Of a stretch of 64,000 nt of DNA, positions 28,309-39,927 are shown piece after piece. The notes beneath the pieces are model-generated. The model did not search any database and had not been told where the DNA came from. It saw only the letters and a program-made list of their open reading frames with translations. Source of the DNA: an uncultured Flavobacteriales bacterium (GTDB lineage Bacteria > Bacteroidota > Bacteroidia > Flavobacteriales_D > Parvicellaceae); contig CALSNM010000004.1 in the NCBI GenBank assembly GCA_943787725.1, positions 19,070 to 83,069 on the forward strand. Reading direction: 5' to 3'. A program made the translations under genes and the position numbers. How positions within the stretch are numbered: the stretch's first letter is position 1; each line of letters begins with the position of its first letter.

Positions 28309-29527
28309 ATGGTTAAAATTGGCATTATAAAAGAAGGTAAAAACCCACCAGACAAGCGAGTTGCATTATCTCCTTCTCAATGCGAGTATATATTAAACAA
28401 TTATCCAGATGTTGAAGTATTTGTCCAAGCTAGTGACATCAGAAAATTCAAAGACGAAGAGTATCGGAAACTGGGCGTTGCTGTGGTAGACTCAGTTGAA
28501 GATTGTGATATACTAATTGGAGTAAAAGAGGTCCCCATAGAACAGTTGATTCCAAATAAGAAATACTTATTCTTTTCTCATACATTTAAAGAACAGCCCT
28601 ACAACAGGCAATTACTCAAAACCATTCTTGATAAAAACATCCAACTAATTGACTGGGAAGTGATTACTGACATCAAAGGAAGAAGGTTAATTGCATTTGG
28701 AAGATATGCTGGAATTGTAGGTTGCTATAATGGATTCTTAGCTTATGGAAAGAAAACGGGCGCATACAATTTAAAGCCTGCTCACCAATGTGATGATAGA
28801 GCAGACATGGAAGCTCAATTGGCACATGTAACCCTACCGGATAACTTTAAAATAGTAATTACCGGACATGGACGGGTTGGCGGTGGTGCTATGGAAATAA
28901 TTGAAAAACTTAAATTTAAAGGAAGTAGATTCTCCTGATTTTTTAAATAAAGAGTTTAACGAACCGGTATTTACCCAACTTGCTGTTGATGAATACAACG
29001 CAAAAGCTGATGGATCAAGCTTCTCCAAGCGTGATTTTTATAACGACCCTTCAGATTTTGTATCCACTTTTAATCAGTACGCATGCATAGCAGACATGTA
29101 TATAGCTTGCCACTACTGGGATAGCGAAGCACCCTTTATTTTTACTCGAGAAGATGCTAAAGCGAAAGATTGGAATATTAAAATTGTAGCTGACATCAGT
29201 TGTGATATAGATTGCGCAGTTGCCAGTACGTTGCGTCCATCAACAATTGCAGACCCTCTTTATGGTTACAACCCAACCACCGAAAGTGAAGATGACTTTA
29301 TGAAAGAAGGAGTAATTGGGGTGATGGCTGTAGACAACCTGCCATGTGAACTTCCATTGGATGCATCTATAGACTTTGGAGAAATGTTTTTAGAACACGT
29401 ATTAGAACCTTTAACTGGAAACGACCCTGATGACATTATCGGGAGAGCATCAGAAACTTTAAATGGTGAGCTAACAGAGCATTTTGCATATCTAGATGAT
29501 TATGTAAATGGAACTAATGTTCAATAA
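28309..29527 (+). pseudogene. Alanine-dehydrogenase/PNT-fold oxidoreductase, lysine-ketoglutarate-reductase (saccharopine dehydrogenase)-like; one frame change near 28905
   Basis: Track ORFs 28309..28938 and 28901..29527 join as ...GGGAMEIIEKL/NLKEVDSPDF... They contain IGIIKEGKNPPDKRVALSP, the dinucleotide-binding motif VITGHGRVGGGA, and VDNLPCELP. Confidence 0.6.
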
Positions 29528-30585
29528 TCCTGACGGTAAAAGGAATCTGTTTTTGGAGGCTTTCCTATTCTTGTAGAAATTGTAAAATGATTGGATGTTC
29601 CAGCAATATGGTATTTACCCATGCCGTAACTAACATGTAGTTTCTTCACTTTAAATCCAAAGCCCCACGAAATGCCCGATGCTCCAGGCCGAATACTTGA
29701 ACTCAAATCTTTTCTATTTTTATGATTATAACCAAATTGGATATTAAAGTTTTTGGATAACAACAACTCTCCACCAATTGCTATATGATGCATCATCTTT
29801 GAAACGAAACCTGGTTCTTTCACTTCAATAGTTTCACCCGTAAGAGGATCTGAAGCTGACTGCTCATTAACATCAAAATACACAATATTCCATTGCTGCA
29901 AGTTATGCGCTGTAAATGAAAACCGAAATGGGGCATGTTTCAGTTTCTTCGAAAAAGCTAACAAAATATTTAAAGGCAATGACTCTCTATTATTGGAAGT
30001 ATACGTCTTTAATTGTGTTCCCAAATTTTTAATCATAAAAGCTGCTGCAAAACCATTCGCTTCCTTTGTATAGGTTGCAGCTATATCTGAACAGATTCCA
30101 TATGCAGAGTATGCTTCTAAGAAACTGCCTACAAACTTAATATCCGCGCCTATGGAAAAATTTGAATCCAACTCCCTTCCATAGGCAAAAGCCAATGCCA
30201 CATCATTTGCAGAAAAAGTGCTGCCATTTCTTACTCCACTTACATCAGCATTTTCAAACTTGCCATAATTTGCAAACAATAAAGAAGTATTAAATGTTCC
30301 TACCCCCGTATAATGTTTGGTATACGATGAATAACCATAACTAGAATTAGCAAAATAATTAACATAATTCAATGCTAAAAATCCATGCATCGAAGAATTC
30401 AATAAGGAAGGGTTCTCCACTCCTAAGGATGCGTCGTTGTCCTTAACTGTCAAAAGGTAACCTCCAGCAGCCTCTACTCTGGCCGAATTAGAAAAATTTA
30501 GAAATTGAAACGCACTATTACCTCCATTCTGCGCCTGAAAAGCAACACAAATAAATAATGAAATTTGTAATACAAATAGCTTCAT
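29521..30585 (-). CDS. porQ: Type IX secretion system outer-membrane protein PorQ-like
   Basis: Signal peptide, then GGNSAFQFLNFSNSARVEAAGG...DNDASLGVENPSLL. The 354-aa protein has an alternating beta-strand pattern and a C-terminal aromatic residue. Confidence 0.6.
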   Translation of the reverse strand: MKLFVLQISLFICVAFQAQNGGNSAFQFLNFSNSARVEAAGGYLLTVKDNDASLGVENPSLLNSSMHGFLALNYVNYFANSSYGYSSYTKHYTGVGTFNTSLLFANYGKFENADVSGVRNGSTFSANDVALAFAYGRELDSNFSIGADIKFVGSFLEAYSAYGICSDIAATYTKEANGFAAAFMIKNLGTQLKTYTSNNRESLPLNILLAFSKKLKHAPFRFSFTAHNLQQWNIVYFDVNEQSASDPLTGETIEVKEPGFVSKMMHHIAIGGELLLSKNFNIQFGYNHKNRKDLSSSIRPGASGISWGFGFKVKKLHVSYGMGKYHIAGTSNHFTISTRIGKPPKTDSFYRQDY

Positions 30586-30619
30586 TCAATTCATAACGAG
30601 CAAGAACTCAATTTAGTAT

Positions 30620-31717
30620 TTAAACATTAAACCTAAAGTGCATTACGTCTCCATCTTCAGGCACATATTCCTTTCCTTCGATATTCAATTTTCCAACTTC
30701 CTTGCATTTAGCCTCAGATCCAAATTCAATAAAATCATTGTAGTGGATCACTTCAGCCTTGATAAATCCTTTTTCGAAATCTGTATGTATTACCCCAGCA
30801 GCTTGTGGTGCAGTCATACCTAAATTAATTGTCCATGCTCTTACTTCTTTCACTCCTGCCGTAAAATAAGTCTGCAGTTTTAATAATTTATAAGCTGAAC
30901 CAATCAATTTACTTACGCCAGGTTCATCTAAACCTAGGTCATCCAGAAACATTTGTCTTTCTTCGTAAGTTTCTAATTCGTTAATGTCCGCTTCTATGGC
31001 TGCTCCAAGAATTAGCACTTCGGCGTCTTCATCCTTAACTGCATCTTTTACCGCATCTACATAGCTATTTCCATCTTTCACAGATGCTTCATCTACATTA
31101 CAGAGATATAATACAGGTTTTGCCGTTAGCAAGTGCATTTCATCCAATAAAGTCATTTTCTCCTTATCCACATCCAAAGAACGAATCGAATTACCTGCCT
31201 CCAAATGTTTTTTTGCAGCTTCAAAAACCTCGTGCTGTCTAATTGCATCTTTATCTCCTGACTTAGCTTTTCGGGCTAAAGCTCCAATATTTTTTTCTAT
31301 AGACTCTAAATCTTTTAATTGTAATTCGAAATCAATTATCTCTTTGTCTCTAACTGGATCAATGCTTCCATCTACATGTACAATATTTCCATCGTCAAAA
31401 CACCTTACAACATGAATAATTGCATCCACCTCTCGGATATTTGCCAAAAACTGATTCCCAAGTCCTTCTCCTTTAGAAGCGCCTTTGACCAACCCTGCAA
31501 TATCAACAATTTCAATCGTAGTAGGCATTACACGTTCTGGCTTAACCAGCTCTTCCAATTTATTTAACCGAGAATCGGGAACCGTAATTGTCCCAACATT
31601 AGGTTCGATTGTACAAAAAGGAAAGTTTGCGGACTGCGCTTTCGCATTTGACAAACAATTAAATAAGGTAGATTTTCCAACATTAGGTAACCCAACTATA
31701 CCACATTTTAAAGCCAT
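30620..31717 (-). CDS. ychF: Ribosome-binding ATPase YchF
   Basis: Motifs MALKCGIVGLPNVGKSTLFN, FCTIEPN and DIAGLVKGAS, plus a C-terminal TGS-like domain. Confidence 0.95.
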   Translation of the reverse strand: MALKCGIVGLPNVGKSTLFNCLSNAKAQSANFPFCTIEPNVGTITVPDSRLNKLEELVKPERVMPTTIEIVDIAGLVKGASKGEGLGNQFLANIREVDAIIHVVRCFDDGNIVHVDGSIDPVRDKEIIDFELQLKDLESIEKNIGALARKAKSGDKDAIRQHEVFEAAKKHLEAGNSIRSLDVDKEKMTLLDEMHLLTAKPVLYLCNVDEASVKDGNSYVDAVKDAVKDEDAEVLILGAAIEADINELETYEERQMFLDDLGLDEPGVSKLIGSAYKLLKLQTYFTAGVKEVRAWTINLGMTAPQAAGVIHTDFEKGFIKAEVIHYNDFIEFGSEAKCKEVGKLNIEGKEYVPEDGDVMHFRFNV

Positions 31718-31749
31718 AATTCATCTTTTTTCGAAATGCAAAGAAAGAA

Positions 31750-31787
31750 AAAATCCTCGTTCCGATAACTATCGAAACGAGGATTTT
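31750..31787 (-). terminator. Strong hairpin terminator after the P-domain cargo gene
   Basis: aaaatcctcgtt(c)cgata..tatcg(a)aacgaggatttt, about 17 bp with one mismatch, flanked by A and T runs. It begins 31 nt after the stop at 31818. Confidence 0.65.
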
Positions 31788-31817
31788 AATCAATATAATA
31801 TGTATTCGTTTTAGCTT

Positions 31818-34304
31818 TTAATCAAAAACGGTAATTGTCCACGTGCGATCTTTTTCTCCACCATCCCATCGCATAGTATAGAAATATGTTCCAGAGGGCT
31901 ACACTTTTTCCTTTCATATTAACACCATTCCAGGTATTATCATAACTATCTGTTTTGTAAACCACTCTCCCCCATCTATTATAAATTGTTAAATTCACAT
32001 CATGATGATGGTATTGCATAATTCGTTAAAGAATACATCATTTTGACCCATCTCCATTTGGAGTTATCACATTTGGGATTTCACAATCTTCAACAATTAC
32101 AGTAATACCATCTGAATCTACTCCACAGAAACCTGATGCAACCATTTCATAATAAACACCAGTTGGAACGGCATGAAGCTACAACAATAGAATCCGCATT
32201 TCCTCCAGGCACATTCCAAAGATATGTATCTGCATCTTGCCCTTGAACCGTTAAAGTTATTTGGTCATCTACACATATTATCACTTCATTTACAGCCTCT
32301 CCTTCATACAACACTTCAACATCAGGGGTTCCGGAATAGAATATTTCCACCGAATTTGTGTCACCACATTGTACATCTGCAAAGTAAAAGGTATACAACC
32401 CTCCTTGAATTACAGAAATAGTAGGGTTTAATACATGTTTGATTTGGAGTAAATAGTAACCGGCTCCAGGACCATCTACCCACCATTCACCTCCCTCAGG
32501 AGCATATGTATTTGTAAAATCAAACTCATCACCCAAACAAGCTGTTGCATTCGGAATTATTGAAGCTGGCTGCGATAACGTTTACAAAAACAGTAGTATC
32601 ATAACTACATCCATAACTATCAAGTACCTCAAAAGTGTAACCAAATGGGCCTATAGTATCCGGTCGAATTACAATAGTTGTATCATTATTTCCATCTACA
32701 ATAATTGTTGGATCACTGTACCAAAATTCATCAAATATCTCTGGAGCATAAGTTTCATTGTTTGGATTCAAAGAATCTAAGAAATAAATTCCCCATTGAC
32801 AAATCCAACCATCATCTGCTAAAATATTATCCTGAACGCTTAATGTCCATGTTCCATTTATTGGACATCCAACAAAATCTGCAAAGGTTCCTTCCGGGTT
32901 ATATTCTCCAGGAACAACCATTTGTCCAGAAGTAGGACCAGATGCTGCTATAGTGTTATAACCAAGATCCCATGAAGGCAATGCTCCATTTGCCTCAGAG
33001 AAACAATATTCCTCACAGTTACCAACGCTTGTATTATTATCATTACCTCCTCCAACATAGGTTCCCCCTCCTCCAAAACCACCGGGAAGATACCCACTAG
33101 TGTAGCTATTAAAAATTGCCACTTCCGTCCCATTTGGACAAGTTAACCACATTTCTAGATCCCCGAGCCACGTATGCTCCATTGAAACACAGATTTGCTG
33201 TATATCAGTCCCATTAAGAATTGTACCTCCAGGAGTATATCCTGCAATATCAATTTCTGTTTCGTATGGCGGAAGATTATTTCCATCTGGCAATTCAGTC
33301 GCCGTTCCAAATTCGCCCCCAATTGGAAAAGTTGCACTTGTCGCCTCAACACCTGCGGTATCTGAAGCAGTAACACCTCCAACTAGGAGTGTTTGCTGAT
33401 CTACGCAAAGTACGGTGTCTATAGCTTGGCAAGTAATAAAACTAGGAATGGTAGAAACTCTTATTTTACAAGTAGCATACATATTCATTCCAAAAGCATC
33501 CGTTACTTTTAAAGAAACAAAGTACCCTTGCTGGGCCGGTGGAAGAACCCAAAGAGTATTCTGATCAGACAGAATGCCATTACTAATAGTCCACTCAATA
33601 GTATGATTTCCTGTTTGATCATATCCTCCTCCAAATGTTGCCGCAGAGTCGCCTCCAGGCTCATAAGGAAAATAAGCATCAACTGATAATAAAACAGAAT
33701 CTCCTAAACAAACATCTATATAACCTGTATCTATAGGCATAACATCATTTACGTTATCATTTGCTCCATTGGCTTGTCCATTGATAAATCCTTCAATACC
33801 TATACTAAATGGTTGGACAGAATTCCCACAAGAAACATTTGCATCCCATCCTGCACCTTCATTTGCACCATCACTAATAAAACGTATTGTTAAGCACCCA
33901 GAAAAATTTGACAACGATGCTGAAAGAGACCCAGCTGGCATCATGTTATTATTAAAAGTATCTAAAATAGGATCAGATACCGACAACCCATCATAAATAA
34001 ATATAGTATCCGAAGCATCTACATCAAATGCAAAACCGGTTCCACCAATACCAAAAGTTGCAGATACTTTATTTCCATTTGCATCCGGACAAAAGGTAAT
34101 TGACTCATCCTCGTTAGGTTCATAATCAGCGGCATCTCCACCTGTATCGTGAAAGTTTAAGAGATCAACAGAGGCAAAGTCTGTTCCGCAAGCACATAAA
34201 CCCTCACCAGATGTTGTAAAGTCATCGCCTGAAACTAAAACATCTACTTGGGATTGGGATACATAAGATATGATTATAAAGAATATGGTTAATACAATTT
34301 TCAT
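31818..34304 (-). pseudogene. Large secreted proprotein-convertase P-domain protein with T9SS type B (gliding-motility-associated) C-terminal domain; about 5 frame changes in the last 750 nt
   Basis: Track ORFs 32529..34304 (signal peptide; HTWLGDLEMWLTCPNGT...CPINGTWTLSVQDN...DDGWICQWGIYF P-domain), 32147..32536 and 31822..32019. My translation of the gaps adds PNVITPNGDG/QNDVFFNEL/QYHHHDVNLTIYNRWGRVVYKTDSYDNTWNG...PSGTYFYTMRWDGGEKDRTWTITVFD, ending at stop 31818..31820. Confidence 0.75.
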
Positions 34305-34325
34305 AGATCCAATTTATATATGCAT

Positions 34326-34718
34326 TTACTTGTTGGCCTTATTAAACTTATCTTTCAAAAAACTAGAGTCATAAATAATTAATAATTTAGATTTCCCATT
34401 AACACTAAATAATTGATTCCTACCTTCCAAAATTTCAATTTTTAATTCGTACAAGTTGATTTTACTAATATCTGATATTTGTTTTTCTCCATCCAAGTTT
34501 ATTTTACCATCCTTCTCAGTTGGGTAATCACCAATATAGAAAGCATTATCCAAACAATACGTTAAAAACCTAATCTCAGAAGGATTCTCTTTTTCAATTA
34601 CATTTAATTCTTCAATAGAATATTTCACCAATAATCTTGAATCATACTCTATACCTTGACCAAATAACATTGTCACTGAAAACATTATGCTTATTAAAAT
34701 AATTAGTACTTTTTTCAT
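34326..34718 (-). CDS. Hypothetical secreted protein
   Basis: 130 aa with an N-terminal signal-like segment MKKVLIILISIMFSVTMLFGQ. No motif recognised. Confidence 0.5.
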   Translation of the reverse strand: MKKVLIILISIMFSVTMLFGQGIEYDSRLLVKYSIEELNVIEKENPSEIRFLTYCLDNAFYIGDYPTEKDGKINLDGEKQISDISKINLYELKIEILEGRNQLFSVNGKSKLLIIYDSSFLKDKFNKANK

Positions 34719-34889
34719 TCTTAAAAATTTTTACCAAAATTAAACATTTCATTTTATAACAAAAGCTTAGAAATAGTCTAAATAACTGGAACCCTATAAA
34801 GATTATTCACTTTTGTTAATAGTTATTAACAGATTAAATATGGCCTTATGAAAACACTACTTTTACCGACGTAATTTAACTAAAAATAG

Positions 34890-35741
34890 ATGCACGACAC
34901 AAATTTAATTGAATTAAATAATTTTTGTTCCCAAGTTAGAAGGGATATTGTAAGAATGGTTCACGCCGTTGCTTCTGGCCATCCAGGTGGTTCTTTGGGC
35001 TGTACAGAATATATTACCGCACTCTATCAATCAGAAATGAATCACAATGCTAACAACTTTGAGATGGATGGAAAAGGAGAAGATCTCTTCTTTTTATCCA
35101 ACGGTCACATTTCTCCTGTATTCTATAGCGTTTTAGCGCGATCTGGCTATTTTAAAGTAGATGAATTAAATACATTTAGAAAGCTAAATAGTCGTTTGCA
35201 AGGCCATCCAGCGACTCATGAAGGATTGCCAGGAATTAGGATAGCAAGTGGTTCTTTAGGTCAAGGACTCTCAGCCGGAATAGGTGCAGCATTAGCAAAA
35301 AAATTAAACAATGATGATGGCATTATCTACACTTTGCATGGTGATGGAGAAATTCAAGAAGGACAAATTTGGGAAGCAGCTATATATGCAGCCGGTAACA
35401 AAGTAGATAACATAATCTCTTGTATTGATTATAACCACAAACAAATTGATGGTGACATTGACGATGTACTTCCTCTTGGAGATATAAAGGCTAAATGGGA
35501 AGCATTTGGATGGCAAGTAATGGAAATGAATGGTAATAATATGGAACAAGTTATCACTACTTTAAGACTAGCAAAAGCAGCTACTGGAAAGGATGTCCCA
35601 ATTATGCTTATAATGAAAACAGAAATGGGAAATGGTGTAGATTTCATGATGGGAACACATAAATGGCATGGTTCACCACCTAACGATGAACAATTGAAAT
35701 CTGCTTTAAGTCAATTGGAAGAAACACTAGGAGATTATTAA
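34890..35741 (+). CDS. Transketolase, N-terminal (thiamine diphosphate-binding) subunit
   Basis: GHPGGSLG, LSNGH and GDGEIQEGQIWEA (the GDG-x-N ThDP motif region). 283 aa, split-type. Confidence 0.9.
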   Translation: MHDTNLIELNNFCSQVRRDIVRMVHAVASGHPGGSLGCTEYITALYQSEMNHNANNFEMDGKGEDLFFLSNGHISPVFYSVLARSGYFKVDELNTFRKLNSRLQGHPATHEGLPGIRIASGSLGQGLSAGIGAALAKKLNNDDGIIYTLHGDGEIQEGQIWEAAIYAAGNKVDNIISCIDYNHKQIDGDIDDVLPLGDIKAKWEAFGWQVMEMNGNNMEQVITTLRLAKAATGKDVPIMLIMKTEMGNGVDFMMGTHKWHGSPPNDEQLKSALSQLEETLGDY

Positions 35742-35804
35742 TATTTGTTACAATTAACCTTTTTGGAATTATAATTGAGAAGAACCCTCCAAAAAGGCAG
35801 ATTT

Positions 35805-37193
35805 ATGAAAGCAATTTATAACATATTAATTTTATTTATAGGGATTGGTATTACTCCAAATATATCATTCGGACAAGATCCAGATTCAGAAAAAATTAGA
35901 ATCCTTTTTATTTTTGATGCTTCAAATAGCATGAATGCGCAATGGCAAAACGGTAGTAAAATGACTATTGCCAAAAAACTGCTCACAAACACTGTTGATG
36001 AGCTTCGAGGAATTGAAAATACGGAACTTGGACTTAGGGTTTATGGTCATCAATTCAAAATTCTACCAGGTCAACAAAACTGTGACGACACAAATTTAGA
36101 AGTTGAATTTTCACAAGGAGATGAAAATATTGAAAAAATAAAAAACAAAATTCGGTCAATTGAAGCAAAAGGAACTACTCCCATTGCACGTTCACTTGAG
36201 TATTCTGCTGAGGATTTTCCAGAATGTAGTAACTGTAGAAATGTAATTATCCTTATAACCGACGGAATTGAAGCCTGTGATGAAGATCCATGTGCGGTAT
36301 CAAGAGCATTAAGAGCTAAAGGAATAAAATTAAAACCTTTTGTAATAGGAATTGGATTGGACACGAGCTACCTAGGACAGTTTAATTGCATAGGGGAATT
36401 TTTAAGCGCTGAAACCGAAGATTCATTTAAAAGTGTTTTGGATTTTGTTGTTAGCCAAGCATTAAATAACACTACGGTACAAGTCAACTTACTAGACGTC
36501 AAGAAAAAACCTTCAGAAACAGATGTTACTATGTCTTTTTACGATCAAAAAACCGATGAATTAGTTTATACTTATAAGCACACATTAGATAGAGACCGAA
36601 CTCCTGACACTCTATCAATTGACCCGTTGCATACTTACAGACTCGTTGTGCATACAACCCCTGAAGTCACTAAAGAAAATATTAAAGTAATAGCAGGAAA
36701 ACACAATGTTATAATGTTAGATGCCCCAAGAGGTCATTTAGATCTCAAAATTCAAGGCTATAACAACCTGAATTTACTGGAATCAACTGCATTGTTCGAA
36801 AAAGTGGAGAGATGAGGACGGTTAATATTCAAAAAATGAATTTTAACCACAAATACATTGTCGGAAAATACGATTTAGAATTACTCACACTGCCTAGGCT
36901 ATATATTGAATGATGTTGTTATCAAACAAAACAGGCACACAGATATTACGATTCCAAAAAACGGAAGGGCGGTTATCAGTAAAAGTGCGGGGCCTGCGCA
37001 GCTATTTGTTCTCCGGGAAGGGAAAAACGAGTGGGTTTGTAACTTGAAAGATGGACCTGCTCTTCAAAACATTGAGTTATTGCCTGGGAAATATAAAATT
37101 GTTTTCAGGCATGAGAGATCCTTCAGCACAGCGCACTCAATTGAAAAAACGTTTAAAATAGTTTCGGGCTACTCAGAAAACATAACACTATAA
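35805..37193 (+). pseudogene. Secreted von Willebrand factor A (vWA) domain protein, two frame changes near 36812 and 36905
   Basis: Signal peptide MKAIYNILILFIGIGITPNISFGQ, MIDAS motif FDASNSM and ILITDGIEACDEDPC. Track ORF 35775..36815, a bridging frame (MRTVNIQKMNFNHKYIVGKYDLELLTLPRLYIE) and track ORF 36906..37193 read as one protein. Confidence 0.65.
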
Positions 37194-37195
37194 GT

Positions 37196-38149
37196 ATGAA
37201 AAAATATCCAGTATTAGGAAACAAAGACACAAGATCAGGTTTTGGTGATGGATTAACAGCATTAGGTAAATCAAACCCCAAGGTAGTAGCATTATGCGCA
37301 GATTTAACTGGTTCGTTAAAAATGAATCAATTTCAAGATGATAATCCAGAACGATTTTTTCAAGTAGGGATTGCGGAAGCAAACATGATTGGAATAGCCG
37401 CTGGACTTACTATTGGGGGAAAAATACCCTACACTGGTACTTTTGCTAACTTTTCTACGAGTAGAGTTTACGATCAAATAAGACAGTCTGTTGCCTATTC
37501 TAATAAAAATGTTAAAATATGTGCTTCGCATGCTGGTTTAACTCTGGGAGAAGATGGAGCGACTCACCAAGTACTGGAAGATATAGGTATGATGAAAATG
37601 CTTCCACATATGACAGTTATTAACCCTTGTGACTACAACCAGACAAGAGCTGCTACAATTGCTATCGCGGATCATGTTGGTCCTGTTTACTTGCGATTTG
37701 GGAGACCAAAAATGCCGATTTTCATATCAGAGGAAACACCCTTTGTGATTGGAAAAGCTTTATTACTGAATGAGGGAAGTGATGTTACAATTGTAGCGAC
37801 AGGACATTTAGTTTGGCCAGCTATTGAGGCTGGAATAGCTCTAGCTGAAAAAGGAATTAGCGCAGAAATAATCAATATTCATACAATCAAACCTCTGGAC
37901 GAAGAAGCTATATTAAAATCAGTTGCGAAAACTGGATGTATTGTTTCCGCTGAAGAACACCAAATAGCAGGAGGTTTAGGTGAAAGCATTGCTCAAGTTC
38001 TATCTAGAAACAACCCTTTACCACAAGAATTTGTTGCGGTGAACGATAGCTTTGGAGAAAGCGGATCTCCTGCTGAACTAATGGAAAAATATGGTTTGGA
38101 TACTCCAAATTTAATTGCTGCAGCTGAAAAAGTTATCGCTAGAAAATAA
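37196..38149 (+). CDS. Transketolase, C-terminal (pyrimidine-binding) subunit
   Basis: Motifs FQVGIAEANMIGIAAGL, HAGLTLGEDGATHQ and RFGR. 317 aa. Confidence 0.9.
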   Translation: MKKYPVLGNKDTRSGFGDGLTALGKSNPKVVALCADLTGSLKMNQFQDDNPERFFQVGIAEANMIGIAAGLTIGGKIPYTGTFANFSTSRVYDQIRQSVAYSNKNVKICASHAGLTLGEDGATHQVLEDIGMMKMLPHMTVINPCDYNQTRAATIAIADHVGPVYLRFGRPKMPIFISEETPFVIGKALLLNEGSDVTIVATGHLVWPAIEAGIALAEKGISAEIINIHTIKPLDEEAILKSVAKTGCIVSAEEHQIAGGLGESIAQVLSRNNPLPQEFVAVNDSFGESGSPAELMEKYGLDTPNLIAAAEKVIARK

Positions 38150-38213
38150 CCTATTTTAAAATTATTACATTTTCAGATTAAACCTTTTTCTGATAACTTG
38201 GTCTTAGAGTGCG

Positions 38214-38755
38214 ATGCAATTATCAGATGACGAAATAGTAGCACAGGTTAAATCTGGGCAAAATACCAATAAAGCTTTTCGGCTTTAATTGAAAAATACC
38301 AAGAAAGACTTTATTGGCATATTCGTAGAATGATTATTGATCATGATGACACAGATGATGTGCTTCAAAATGTATTTGTTAAAACATGGAAAGGTTTAGC
38401 AAATTTTCGAGAAGATTCAAATCTATACACTTGGCTATATCGAATTGCTACCAACGAATCAATCACCTTCATTAATAAAAAGAAGAAGGAAAATAACATT
38501 TCAATTGATGATGAATCATATCATTTACATGCAGGAAAGGCAGATTATTTAATGGAATGTGACGAAATTCAAGAGAAATTAGAAAAAGCACTATTAACAC
38601 TTCCAGAAAAACAACGAGCAGTTTTTCATATGAGGTATTATGAAGATATGAAATATACGCAAATGTCCGAGGTTGTTGGAACCTCGGTAGGAGCCTTAAA
38701 AGCTAGTTACCATATAGCTGTTAAAAAAATTGAAAATTATTTGATTAAAAATTAA
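38214..38755 (+). pseudogene. ECF-type RNA polymerase sigma-70 factor, frame change in a T run near 38280
   Basis: ATG 38214 gives MQLSDDEIVAQVKSGQNTNKAF. The frame then continues as ..ALIEKYQERLYWHIRRMIIDHDDTDDVLQNVFVKTW (track ORF 38330..38755), with region 4 LPEKQRAVFHMRYYEDMKYTQMSEV. Confidence 0.75.
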
Positions 38756-38788
38756 ACCATTTATAATTTTAAATGTCCTAGATACTGA

Positions 38789-39343
38789 ATGAACAAAGAG
38801 AATGAAAATATCGAAAATGAAGAGTTAATAAAAATGGCTTCTACTCTATTTGGAATGAAAAAGGTAAACAACCTAAAAGCTCCGAAAGGATATTTCTCAA
38901 GCTTAGCTGATACAGTAAAAGTAAGAATTGATAATGAGGTTCCGGAGGGTTACTTTGAAAACCTCGCAGATATAGTGATCGATAAGATTGAAAAAGAAAA
39001 AACTAAGGTGGTTTCAATTCAAAAAAGAAATATTGCACGTATAATATCTGTTGCAGCTTCGATTGCAGCAATATTTATCATTGGTTTTCTTTTCAACCAA
39101 AACAATATAACAGACACTATAGCTACTGATGATAATTATTTAGAAAATTTAACGAATAGCGAACTAGACGAAGCTATATACTATAACGAAATGGAGGAAC
39201 TCATTTGTTATGTAGATTTCGGAGAAAATTTTAACGAAGCGCTACAAATAGAGAAGAGTATAAACGATATAGATCTCGATTTTATGTCTGACGAGATTGA
39301 CGAATACCTGAGCTCAGACTATTACATAGATATTGAATTTTAA
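38789..39343 (+). CDS. Putative anti-sigma factor (single-pass membrane protein)
   Basis: It follows the ECF sigma gene. There is one TM segment (IISVAASIAAIFIIGFLF) and an acidic C-terminus. The call rests on position. Confidence 0.4.
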   Translation: MNKENENIENEELIKMASTLFGMKKVNNLKAPKGYFSSLADTVKVRIDNEVPEGYFENLADIVIDKIEKEKTKVVSIQKRNIARIISVAASIAAIFIIGFLFNQNNITDTIATDDNYLENLTNSELDEAIYYNEMEELICYVDFGENFNEALQIEKSINDIDLDFMSDEIDEYLSSDYYIDIEF

Positions 39344-39365
39344 TTTTTAACTAAAAACCAAAAAC

Positions 39366-39834
39366 ATGAAAAGAATAACAATAGCAGTCCTAATACTCGG
39401 AATGAGTTTTGGAAGCATGGCCCAAGAAAAAGAAATACAAAGAGAAAATAGAAAAGCTCAAAAAATCGCTTTCATTTCAACGAAATTAGAATTAATCTAC
39501 TGAGGAAGCAGAAAAATTCTGGCCAGTATATAACGCATCAGAAGCAGAATTTAAACGACTAAAGAAAGAGCACAAAGCTGCAATGGGAGAAAAAAAGAAA
39601 ATTAGTGAAATGTCGGATACTGAAGTCGAAAAACTATTGGATACCGGTCTCGAAATTCAGCAAAAAGAGCTTGATATAAGAAAAAAATACTTAGTAAAAT
39701 TTAAAGAAGTTTTACCAATGAAAAAAGTTGCAAAACTTACACGTATAGAGCATGAATTCAGGAAACGAAATGCACCAAAGAAAGGAGACAAAAGAGAACG
39801 ACCAATGCCTCCACCTCCAGCTGAAAAGAGATAA
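39366..39834 (+). pseudogene. Periplasmic helical protein of the ECF sigma / anti-sigma trio (Spy/CpxP-like), frame change near 39495
   Basis: ATG 39366 gives the signal peptide MKRITIAVLILGMSFGSMAQ. After the shift it reads STEEAEKFWPVYNASEAEFKRLKKEH..., continuing into track ORF 39583..39834. Confidence 0.5.
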
Positions 39835-39856
39835 TAAGAGTTTTTAAATAAAAAAA

Positions 39857-39881
39857 GGGAATGCATTCATTCCCTTTTTTT
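39857..39881. terminator. Hairpin terminator (A7 - gggaatg catt cattccc - T7)
   Basis: 7-bp GC-containing stem flanked by A and T runs, 22 nt after the stop at 39834. Confidence 0.65.
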
Positions 39882-39927
39882 GTGAAGCAAACACTGAATG
39901 AAAATTATTACCTTCGCAATTCGTTTT

